DNA of 64,000 nt from Podarcis melisellensis (lineage: Eukaryota), in NCBI GenBank assembly GCA_964234715.1, contig OZ174279.1; one strand, written 5' to 3'. Below, piece after piece: positions 14,352-25,142 of the stretch. The stretch's first letter is position 1; every line of letters begins with the position of its first letter. The position numbers were made by a program, and so were the translations under genes. The notes beneath the pieces were generated by a model. The model was not told the DNA's origin. It was given only the letters and a program-made list of their open reading frames with translations, and did not search any database.

Positions 14352-15379
14352 AATATTTTGAGAACACTCGAAGGGTCAGCCCAAACTTTCTCACAAAGAA
14401 GAGGGCCCCCTGAAAATGATGACTTCACCCTAGTCTTTCACTCTGGAGTTTATGGACAGGCACCAAAGTCTGATGGAACTTCCTCTGGATGTCTACAATT
14501 GTATTGCATTGAACGGTCACTCAGCTGCTCTCCACACACCCAGTTCCAGGCTTCAGAAGGCTTAGTGAGTTTCCCAGGGGATCTAAATGATGGCAGATGG
14601 GAATCCCTCCATTCATAGTTGGTTCTGTGGCCTCTTCACAGTTCTCCTTTTCTAGCTACTTAGAAGAGTGCTTTATAGCAAGCTCTCTTGCTCCGAAGTT
14701 CTGCAGAATAGGACTATGTAGGAAGGCTGGATCTGACTAAATTAAAGTGCAGTCATGTGTTATCTGTTTATGAAGGAACCCCTCCCTGCACCTCATGAAT
14801 ACCATATGCTCCTTCTTACCATAGGAGGGCAGGGATAAAAGGTCATGCTGCATGTAGCTTGGAGTGAATCAATAACTTTTAGAAGTGCTAAGCCACACCA
14901 AAACTAATTATTTTTGTGGTCCAGAAAATACATTAGTGCTGCATTATGATGCTGGCATAGGCAAGTGGAATCCATCAAAGTCACTGGTCTCAGTTGGTGG
15001 GGGAGAGCAGCTTGCTTTGAGAAGAAGCTGCTGCTCCTGTTGCAGGCAGTGTTAAGGGGTGTGCTGAAGGGAAAGTGGAGGAGCGATCCCTGTTTCCTTC
15101 CCATAATACTTCTAGATAGAAATGTTCTAGCTACATACCACTCTGCCCCCCTTCCAAGAGAGAAAAATTGGACTTACTGTGAAGTTTTGTTGGTTTACCT
15201 TACCCAAGTCCTAGAATGTCTGAGTGTGTTATGAATACAATATTTATAGAGGATATCACCTAGGTTGGGGACTCCTGGGGACTTCCAGCTACTCTTGTTC
15301 TCTTTGGATTGATAATATTGTTATCTAATATTAATGGTTTCCCCCCCTTGAATTCAATGTTTAAGTTTAGATATATCTA

Positions 15380-15625
15380 CGGTGGTACTTCTGGATGCCA
15401 ACAGGATCCGTTCCGGAGCCCCGTTCACATCCTGAAGTGAATGCAAGCCGCGTCTGCGCATGCGCGGGTCGCGATTCGCCACTTCTGCGCATGCGCTTCA
15501 CGTCATTTTGAGCGCATGCGCGAGCAGCGAAACCCGGAAGTAACGTGTTCTGTTACTTCTGCGTTGCCGCAGAGCGCAACCCAAAAATGCTCAACCCGAA
15601 GCATATTTAACCCGAGGTATGGCTG
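15380..15625. mobile_element. Tc1/mariner (pogo/Tigger-like) MITE with TA target-site duplication
   Basis: TA|cggtggtacttc ... gaggtatggctg|TA; CpG-rich with internal palindromes; related to 30003-30207. Confidence 0.85.
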
Positions 15626-17059
15626 TATATTGAGAAAGATGTGTGTGTTTTGCTCCTCTGTTACTTTTTTGTAGCAGTAGGTAAAGCGTCTCCTCAAAGT
15701 ATACTTCCCTCCCATCACCACCAAAAATGAAACTTTATTCCTACCCTGGCACTAATCTCCTTGATAAAGCATAGTGGGCTGAGAGCCAGTTCCTTCTCAT
15801 TGGATGAATACAGCTGTCTTTTTACAAAGGGTTTTGCTTGTCCCCCTTTGCTCATTATGGGACACTGTATTCTGTACAATGATTATATAAAAGCAAAATT
15901 ATCAAAATAAAGACTTTTAGCATGCTTATGCGAATGTTCTCTAGTAGTTGGAATAAGGAATGGATTCTAAGGGTTCTGTGTGCAAGAGGTTTGGAGAGAG
16001 AACTTAGTTCCAAGAACTAAGAAAAGTTTTAGGTTAGGGAAACAAGTGCAGCCTTTGTAGGCAATCGTTTGGATCGTTTCTTCATCTCCTTAGTGTTCAT
16101 GTAATGTATTGACCTCTGCTATGTCTATGAAAGCAATTTACATTTAGAAGAGCTGTTATCACACTTACCATAAAGAAATCAGTATTTGTATTCATAGAAC
16201 CGGGAGACTTTTAACAACCTGAAACAAAAAGGAAGTTCATGCTTTATCTCCATTTGCCTTTGTTTTGTTTTATTTTGTGTTGATCACAAATTGCATTTGT
16301 ACGTTGTGTGAGACTTAATTTTATTTGCACTTTTATATACCACCTTGCAATCTGCTGATGGGGGGTGGTTTAGAAATATTCTCAATATATAAAAATACAT
16401 TTTGATTGTCTTAACTCCTAAGACTCTAATAGCCTTGTACGGGGATTCAACATTGTACTGAGGAGTAAGTGGAAGTTATTTGAAATATCATATTGTTCTT
16501 GTCAGCATCTCCATTCAGCTGTGACTTGTTTATTATGCGCTTTGCAGATAAGGTTGCTTACATGCTGTCCACCTTTGATGCTATAGTTGGGTCAGAAGTG
16601 TCATTAGTATCATATTTTGCTGTTTTACTATCTGTTTTGGTTAATATCACATTAGGCCACAGAGAGCATACTTAAGAAGCCACATGCAACTGTATACACA
16701 ATGCACCATAGACTGCCCTGGCTGATAAAATTTGCTTGGGAAGAACTCGACTTAAAACCGTCTCCTCTAATATACAGTATTGTCTTAGTGCTGGAGATTT
16801 TCTGGTAATATGACTGACCAATCCTCCCAAAATAGTGGTGCTATGGGATAGTCATAGGTGGCTCATCTGATATGGTGCAGCTGCTACATTAGTTTCTCAG
16901 CAGATGGATTACTTTTGCTTACCAAGAAGTCAATACGATGTGAATTTGGCAGTCCTGCTGGCATGCTTGCACTGCGCTGACTTCCCTGCCACACCTCCCA
17001 TCTCCTAGTAAGTAACAGCATCACATCTGCTGGGAAACTAGCATAGCAGCTGTTACCCT

Positions 17060-17483
17060 GGCAGCTGAGACCACATAACACTAGTCCTGAAAGACCTACA
17101 CTGGCTCCCAGTATGTTTCTGAGCACAATTCAAAGTATGGGTGCTGACCTTTAAAGCCCTAAACGACCTCGGTCCAGTATACCTGAAGGAGTGTCTCCTC
17201 CCCCATCGTTCTGCACGGACACTGAGGTCCAGCTCCGAGGGCCTTCTGGCAGTTCCCTCGCTGCAAGAAGTGAGGTTGCAGGGAACTAGGCAGAGGGCCT
17301 TCTCAGTGGTGGCACCCGCCCTGTGGAATGCCCTACCACCAGATGTCAAGGAAATAAACAACTATCTGACTTTTAGAAGACATCTGAAGGCAGTCCTGTT
17401 TAGGGAAGTTTTTAATGTTTGAAGTTTTATTCTGTTTAATATTCTGTTGGAAGCCACCCAGAGTAACCCAATCAGATGGGTGG

Positions 17484-17548
<65 letters not shown>
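17060..17548 (+). mobile_element. L2-clade LINE 3' end with (AAT)n tail
   Basis: Encodes DHITLVLKDLHWLP...FKALNDLGPVYLKE...RAFSVVAPALWNALP...FRRHLKAVLF, the L2 ORF2 C-terminus (one in-frame stop); short 3' UTR, then about 20 AAT units at 17487-17548. Confidence 0.92.
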
Positions 17549-17550
<2 letters not shown>

Positions 17551-18019
17551 GTTTCTGAGGACAGCATAATTGAAGTCTGAGAACCATTGTGGCAATTTCT
17601 GGATTTGAGTACTGTCTGAGACTACTCAGCACTGAAAGGCTGAAAGATTCCAACAGGCAAGAAGTATCATACATGCAGACAGGCCCGATGCCAGCATTGT
17701 TTTGCAACTTTGAAAATGAGCAACCTATCTCTACATTCAGCTCTTGTGTAGCAAAACATAAGCTGCTTCATGTTTAGGGTGACTGTGAACACTGGAGCCA
17801 TCAGAGAAGGGGAATTGCTGATTGATCTCGAGAACCTCATCTCCTCAGCTGCTTTTTTTGTTAGATCATAATTACTGAGAACCTTCCCCCCCCCTCTGAA
17901 AATATATATATAATCTGTTTGAAGCAGAAATATCCAGATGACTGAACAGACCAAGACTGTATGTATGGATATATTATTCTAGAATCTGTTTCGGGCAAAC
18001 TCAAGAGGAGGGCTTCAAG

Positions 18020-18062
18020 GTATGGTGTCAAATAAGAAATAGTATGGTGTCAAATAAGAAAT
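18020..18062. repeat. Perfect 21-bp tandem duplication
   Basis: gtatggtgtcaaataagaaat at 18020-18040 and 18042-18062. Confidence 0.92.
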
Positions 18063-18292
18063 CCTAGGTAACTTAGTAACCACCAGATGGTCCTAATTTT
18101 TATTGGTTTTCCATGTAGAACTGATATGTGTAAATATATCCTTTGAGCTGTTGATTTTAAACTTTGTCAGCTAAAATGACACCACAGCTATGCAATACAG
18201 TAGAAGAAAAGGCTTCTTTGCAACACGTAATGGGGAATATTTTCACTCTCTGACCTTCCTACATGAATGTAAAATTTCTCTCTCTGTTTCAG

Positions 18293-18371
18293 AGCCATTA
18301 TCAACCATTTCAATCCAAAGATAGAGTCTTACGCAGCTGTGAATCACATCTCACAGCTTTCAGAAGAACAG
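18293..18371 (+). CDS. ARMH3: ARMH3 (C10orf76) internal coding exon, third from last
   Basis: Polypyrimidine tract and AG (ctctctgtttcAG) end at 18292; donor CAG|GTGAGT at 18372. The 79 nt read 1 nt + [26 protein letters not shown], matching the ARMH3 C-terminal region as I recall it, and join in frame to the next exon. Confidence 0.95.
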
Positions 18372-21300
18372 GTGAGTTACATGCATCTTTTTAATTCTAT
18401 TATTTCTTATGGAGCACTGTTCAGAAGAGTTCACCCTACTCTGTCCCGGCTGACTGCATTGGAAGCCTTATATTACCCCTTGCTAGGGTTTAGCAAGCTT
18501 TCAAAATAGCATCACATGAGCAATAAATGGGGCATGTGCTGCCACATGGTTTAAGTCTAGGAAGGCAGAGCTGTGGCCCAGGAAGAAAGACTTTTTCCAA
18601 GACTACCCTGAATTGAAAGAGAATGCACAGCAGGGTCAAGGTGGTTTCTCATTTGCAAATGTGTACTTGATAAGTGATGACTCTGGAAATGCACAGTGAG
18701 ATCTTGGCAAACATTTGGAATGCAACTTAATTTGGGGGAGTGCTAGGATTATGTGAATATACGTAATAGTTGATGCTGACTTTTCAGTGTAATGGAATTC
18801 ACTAAGCCATGAATAGCTATTTTAAGTACATTTCTAAATGAGGAGATTTTTCATAGAGAGAGCAATTAGGGTTATATTTTATTTTATCATAATTCAACCT
18901 GATTCCTCTACTTCCTTGCCTGTCAGAGCTGTGTAAATGGGCCTTCCTGAAGTTAAATAGCTTCAGGGAGGAAAAGGTTGACCTTCTTGTCCATTTCATT
19001 AAAACACACAGAGAGAACTGGGGCTTAGGAATTTTGAAGCTTGGCAGTGGCTAGTCATACACTCGGTCCACCCTTCTTTCCCTTCAGTTACAATTTATTA
19101 TGTTGATGCATTGCAAGATAACCTGAAGGTAGGGGTTAATGATGCAGCATCCTTGTTCTTGTTGGCTTTCCTCTGTACAGTTCCTCTGCAGAAAGAGTAC
19201 TGCCAAGCTCCAGACAATCTATTCAACTTAATTTTCTTGCCAGGAGTTGCTGTACCCGTTACTATGTTCTATGATGTTGTATTTTACAGATTCTCATTCA
19301 TCTGTTCACTGTTGATTATATCAGCCTATGCTTTTTTTAACTTCTTTTTTTAAACCCTTTCAGCACGTGCAGTAATTGAAAATGGGGCCCTGGATGTGGG
19401 AGGCTTCGCAACCATGCTTGGCTTAGTCTGCTAGTTTTAAGAAAGGGAAGCAGCTTCTCCCTGTCAGTGCAGTGGAGCATTCATCCCCCAGCAGTTCAGG
19501 GAGGTCATGCTGAATTCTTTCTTCTCCACACGCCTGTGCTTTAAATAAAACCAGCAGCAGCAGCAGGCGGCAGGTAATGAAATCAGCTCTGATGCACAGA
19601 GCAGTTTGAGGAGAGATTATTAGGAAGCAGGGAAGTGGTTTGATTTCTTCTTTCAAATGGAAGCATTACCCCAAAGTGGCAGAAAGATCAAAATAGAGAG
19701 GAGTTAATTAAAAAGAGGTGGGACCTCCAGATAGCATCCAAAGGAGGAAGGTCTAGGCTAGGGCTATGCTAAATGATAGCCACTTCAATTTTGTGCATGG
19801 AGGTAAAGCTTTGGAGAAGGGGTGGAATGTTCAGTGAACACTCAAATTTTGTTTACCTTCCTATCTCTTCGCTGCTATTCACTGCCTGGTTTTTTAAACT
19901 GGAACATCTTCCTGGGACTAATGAACCTAGCCAATCACAGATCAGGTAGTGAGAGTAATGATTTCACTGAGGGCAAATGAAGCCAATATATCTGTTTCTA
20001 TTTTTAGTTATTAAATTTGTATACTTCCCCCATCATCTGTAGTCCTCAGGTCAGTTTACAACATAATAAAAATACAAGGCCAAAAAACCCCTCAAGAACA
20101 GAAACAAATCAATAACCACCCACACCTCCTTCCAGCAGGTTGCTTTGCCCTCACCATGAACCATGATATCAGAGATTAGGGATAGGAGAGATCTTGCACC
20201 TGTTGTCAAGGAAACCAGGCTTGGCTATCTTGGTTATTGCTACATTGGACTGGGGTGGATTCATTGGTTAATAGCCTTTGCTATAGGTGAACATTTGAGC
20301 CCCTTTTCTTCGACCCTTCCAAAAAAATAAAAAAAATGAAGGAAGGGTCTGCATTTTGTAGATGCTTGAAAGGTTTTGAGAAACAACTCTCTTTGATTCA
20401 GCATTTCTCTATATGTCCATCCTAAGAGGGCCTTAGATCTGCTTCTGCAGTGAGAATCATGGAATCATTCTGGATATGGGATTCTGCTCTATTTTTGATT
20501 TTTTTTTAAGCTAAATATTTCTGAATGCTTCTGCTTTTAACCAATCTGATAATGAGCTAAAATATATATTCCAGTGTTTTGAACAAATAGCTTGACTACA
20601 TAGCACACACAGACTGTTAATAATTTGGAACATCATATTAAATACATTGGCTAAAGCAGAGGGAGGGTGAGAGAGCGCAATATTTTTTGGCAGTAGTGTG
20701 TTGTGAGCATTGAATATGCTTTTTTGAAAGGATATCTCCTGTTAAAATCTGATACCAAATCCAATTTTGTAACATATGAATAATTAAGTAAATTGCATGA
20801 TTATTCATGGGTTATATCAGTGCTCTTTTGTAATCCTAAGCGTTACTACTATCAAGCATACAACTACCAGCATTGTAGTAGATAGGAGAGAAGTTACTTC
20901 TGGTGAAAGGTCTGGCTATCCAGTTTTCAAAACTAGGGAATGTCATTGTGATCAAGTCTACCCCCACCCCCACTCCCTGGCTATGCAGGCAACTCCACAA
21001 AGCAATTGTTGCATCCAGGCATTGTGATTTAGTTAACATGCTTCTCAGTTTGTGTCCACATGCAGGCTTTCCCAATTTTATAATACGTAGAGTACTTCTT
21101 ATTGTTCACTATGTATTTGCCTCTCAATACTTGCTCATTTTTTGTCCCTCCATTTCATTTTCTACTCTACTGGATGTGGATGTGGGGAGGATAATTAAGT
21201 TTAACCCTCAGAGTGTGTGGGCTACTCTGCTGGTCACTCCCCCAAAGAGATGGACCAGAACAAGCCATATTGTGGAAACCTTCAAGCGACTGCTGTAATT

Positions 21301-22228
21301 TTTGCTGCACAGTCAGGGCAGATGTATTCAGCCAGTTTTGTCTTTGTTCCCCGTTTCTTTCAATCAGCTGTAGCAAAACTACTATATCATGCTGTCATTC
21401 CACATTGTTATTCTGCATTGTCATGCATTTCCTATCTAGTTCCCCTGATTCAAACCTTTAGTAATTTTGCTGGGATTGTCTGTCTCATGACATTTAGCTC
21501 TTCCCTTAGTGACTACAGTTATGATGTAATAAGAGCTCTGTTGCTCAGTAATACTAATTTGTGTAAAGCTATTAGCTAAATTTTCTTCTGCTCCCTCTGC
21601 TTTTCATCAGTTTATTTCAAACAAGTTTTTAAAAGCAAATAAACTTAGGAGTTGCTGTTTGCAGGCTCACATATCCCCACCATGATCCTAAGTGCTGTGC
21701 TCTGTTCTCTTTACATCTGGGTATGTACTGAGTCCCCAGCTACAAGTAAATTAATATACTGTAGTGGTTGCTTTAAGTGGCTGTTCTTGGTATTTTGAGC
21801 AGGAAAGAATATGTTCAAGCTTTTTCAAGCCACTGTTAATTTGTTTCATGGTCAGGTCATATATCCATAAATGTCTTTGTGCATGTGTATTTAGTACTCC
21901 AAAACCGATACAAGAAAGATCTGAAGTGGTCCTCATTGTTAACAGGCTCTTTCATACACACCAAAATAACCACCAGAATTTCATAAATGTCCAGCTTTCA
22001 TTTAAGTATGAAGTGTACTCCGGAATTTTAACCTTTGTTTTCTGGGGCTTGAATTCCAAGCTCATGGATGATATCAGCTTGCTGAAGTGGTGGTTTTCTT
22101 ACTTCTAGTACACATTGTGGTAGTTTACTGTTCGAGTAGCACACATGAGTTATGTAATACCTTGTGACAGCTTTAGAGCATGCATATGACAACATTAATT
22201 GTGTCCCAAAAATATCCCTGCTTAACTA

Positions 22229-22231
<3 letters not shown>

Positions 22232-22308
<77 letters not shown>
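22232..22308. repeat. (GA)n microsatellite, about 38 units
   Basis: Directly visible perfect run. Confidence 0.98.
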
Positions 22309-22310
<2 letters not shown>

Positions 22311-23022
22311 CCTCAGAGCAATTGCTTTAGTGCCTTTTAGTGGCTTCCATTAAATTTAATGTATTGGTTGCAATAAAACAAATGTCACTGGAGCAGGATG
22401 GAATGGGCAGAAAAGCCACATTGGAGACAGGATTGGCTTGCCATATACCAGGGGCAGTTTATCGTCCAGGAGAGTTGATCCCTCCTTCCCCTGGTTTTTC
22501 AGCCATTTCATAAATGCATTTTCTAATTTAGTTATATTTTAATTACATGGAAGAATCAAGGCTTTTCAGGGCAGCAAGTATACTTTGGCAACGATGTTTT
22601 CTGAGTTTATCAGACTCACTTGTATCTATGTACAGGACTTAGCTTGACAGTTTAGGAAAGATCTTCAAGTGCAACTTCTTCATAGTTCAGAAGCAAAAAA
22701 TATTTCTTTTTGATAACTAAAGGGGAACACACATTACAGGTTTCTGTCTGAGATAGCCAATATGCCAAGGTAAATTAATTTTTTTTAATTACTTGAATTA
22801 AAATTAATTGAATTCAGTTACTGCAAACAATTAAATTTCCAAAATACCTGTCAGGTTTCCCTGAGTACATATGTGATGGGTGGAATTCAATGTCACGCTC
22901 CTCCAAATGTTCCATCTGTGCAAGCATTGCAGCTTGCCAGATGAAGCAATCCCCCCTCTCCTACCACTGTGTGCTATTCTTGGATTTCTCACTGCCCCTG
23001 AGCAGTGTACATGGTGACAGAG

Positions 23023-23279
23023 GAAGAAGAAGAAGAAGAAGAGTTTGGATTTGATATCCCACCTTTCACTCCCTTTAAGGAGTCTCAAAGCGGCTAACAT
23101 TCTCCTTTCCCTTCCTCCCCCACAACAAACACTCTGTGAGGTGAGTGGGGCTGAGAGACTTCAAAGAAGTGTGACTAGCCCAAGGTCACCCAGCAGCTGC
23201 ATGTGGAGGAGCGGAGACACGAACCTGGTTCCCCAGATTACGAGACTACCGCTCTTAACCACTACACCACACTGGCTCT
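23023..23279 (-). mobile_element. Full-length tRNA-derived SINE with (CTT)n tail (Squam3-like)
   Basis: Minus strand: agagccagtgTGGTGTAGTGGttaagagc (A box), GGTTCG (B-box-like), CORE-like gtgaccttgggctagtcac, (CTT)6 tail; about 257 nt. Confidence 0.85.
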
Positions 23280-24269
23280 GTGTGTACACTGGAGAGGGTG
23301 CAAAAGCAGAAGTCCTTGCACAAGACTTTCACTGATGGGACACATTAGGTTAACTTTGCCCATTATAATCAGCTCAATGAGAAGATTACAATTTTTGCAA
23401 GATCAGGATGGAAAACATTCCTCTGATTGGTTGACACTTGTCACCAGATGTGACATGCAGGGTCCAACCAGGTCTTCTGCCTCATCTCCAAAGGGAGGAG
23501 CCATTCTGCCCACCAAGCCAACCCAGTTTGTGGGGGTCTAGGTGGTGGGTTGAATGGCTCTATATAGCAGTTTATCTTCTGACTATATGGTGTGTGTGTT
23601 TTCCATTTTTTTCTAAACTCTTTTTTTAACCAGTTTGGTTGAGTGTTTTCCTTCCTTTCCATGTTCTCATTCTGTCTCCTGCCGTGAAACATTAATTTTC
23701 TTCTTCATTAGTTTCTTTCCAGCCCCTTTCTTCTTCTCATTCAACCCCATTAAGTGTTTGTTCTCCTTCCTCCTCCACCCACCATCCCGGTGTGGTTCCC
23801 TGGGGTGTATGTGGGGTTTATTTTAGGAGTGATGATGAGGAGTCCTGGGATCCTCAGAAAGGGTCTTGGAGGGTAGTTAGCAGCAGTCCCTCCTTTTGAG
23901 ATTTGTCTAGTGACACAGAGCACAACAGTTCCCAGTCACCTCTTCCAAAGGTGGAAATGTTTAAAGTGGTCTTTCAGCCACACCCCTCTCCTTGTTTCCT
24001 CACCGCTCCATAGTGAGCTATTCAGCCCTGCTCTCTGGTTCCAGGTATTCCAGCACCTTTAGTTCATCTGGACTGTCTGTGCTCCTTAGCCTTCTTGGCA
24101 ATTGGTGTGTGGGCATCGTTTGAGAACAGAGCAGCGTCAGGTGCATCTCACCAATAGACTAGCTTGGCAGGAGCATCATTTTGGATTTCATGCATGTCTG
24201 CAGGTACTGGCTTCCCACCAGGAAACTAGCTCAGCGGGGAGGCCTGTTGAAGCTAGGGCATTATTCATT

Positions 24270-24336
24270 CCCCCCCCCCAAAGAAAAATGAGGTGCGTCC
24301 TATGGGCCGGTGCGCCCTATAGGACAAAAAATACGG
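24270..24336. mobile_element. Single terminus of a Tc1/mariner (Tigger-like) element
   Basis: ggtgcgtcctat...ggtgcgccctataggacaaaaaatacgg|TA: duplicated subterminal motif and CCGTATTT-type end. Confidence 0.6.
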
Positions 24337-24411
24337 TAGTTCACTGTCACAGGAGTGTGCTAGTCAGTAATAACGCAGTTCAAAGATGGAGTTAACTTTC
24401 TATTAGCAAAA

Positions 24412-24900
24412 ACATGACCTCCACAGACTTGGTTGTGTGTCAGGCCTAATGAGCAGAGTAGCTCATTCCCAATGGTCTTCCTCCATGAAAATCAGCAAGA
24501 CTAAAAGTCCCTGCCTCCTCACCAGGGCTTCTCCCATGCAATCAAAGACCGCACCTGCCTGCAGTCAAGCTCTCCTCTAAAGTTTTCATATTTCTTCTGG
24601 TTCTGGGAGGCAAGCGAGGAAGGGAGCTTGCTGCAGCAGGAAGAGGAGACACCTGTGACTCTTCGTCAGCCTGACTCATTTCTGCCTCTTGGCCTCCTTC
24701 ATCCTACTGATTCTGGACTTCTCTCTGCCACAGACTTTCCCAGCTCACTAAGTCCTGTTACCTCTTCAGCTTCTAACACCTCCTCTTCCTAGTCTCCTCC
24801 CTCTGACTACTCATCGTTGTCCCACCACCACTCCCTGGGCTTTGAGCCTTCTCCAGCTGGTTCCTTCCAGCATTCCTCTTTCTCCAGCCAGTTCATGGCA
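24412..24900 (-). mobile_element. Interspersed repeat, possibly solo-LTR-like
   Basis: Minus strand starts TGccatgaactggctggag; purine-skewed; shares an aggctgac...gag motif and style with 35140-35690. Class not established. Confidence 0.4.
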
Positions 24901-24949
24901 ATGACTATATCCTAGGTATAGATTAAATTTGAATTTAGAAACTATAGGA

Positions 24950-25142
24950 GGTAAGCTACTAATGCATCAAAGTGAACACAAGAATTTCCGCTTGCACAGT
25001 GAAACTTCCCTCCCTCTCCACTTCCTGTGCACACCTTCCTCAAATTTCAGAAGCATGCAGGGGGGGCAGGGGAGGTGGGAGAACAAGCAATAGTCCTTGC
25101 ACTGATGCAACAATTGCCTTAGTGCTATGTTGGATTCCACCC
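24950..25142. mobile_element. Palindromic MITE-like repeat, GGGTGGTATTCAAC-ended family
   Basis: caagaatttccgcttgcaca ... tccttgcactgatg ... ttagtgctatgttggattccaccc; colinear with the host element at 30731-31223. Confidence 0.65.

Noticed and set aside
17141-17422. 93-aa ORF with protein-like sequence
   Set aside because: C-terminus of a truncated L2 ORF2, not a host gene.
17333-17707. Poly-Leu and poly-Tyr ORFs
   Set aside because: Translations of the (AAT)n tail.
1-18292. Further upstream ARMH3 exon (expected to end ...HALVNIR)
   Set aside because: No segment with matching translation and splice sites found by eye; ttggttaatatcac near 16637 is a partial look-alike without a donor. The exon is probably upstream of the window.
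23200-23279. tRNA gene suggested by A and B boxes (also 63931-64000)
   Set aside because: These are tRNA-derived SINE heads continuous with SINE bodies; no cloverleaf.
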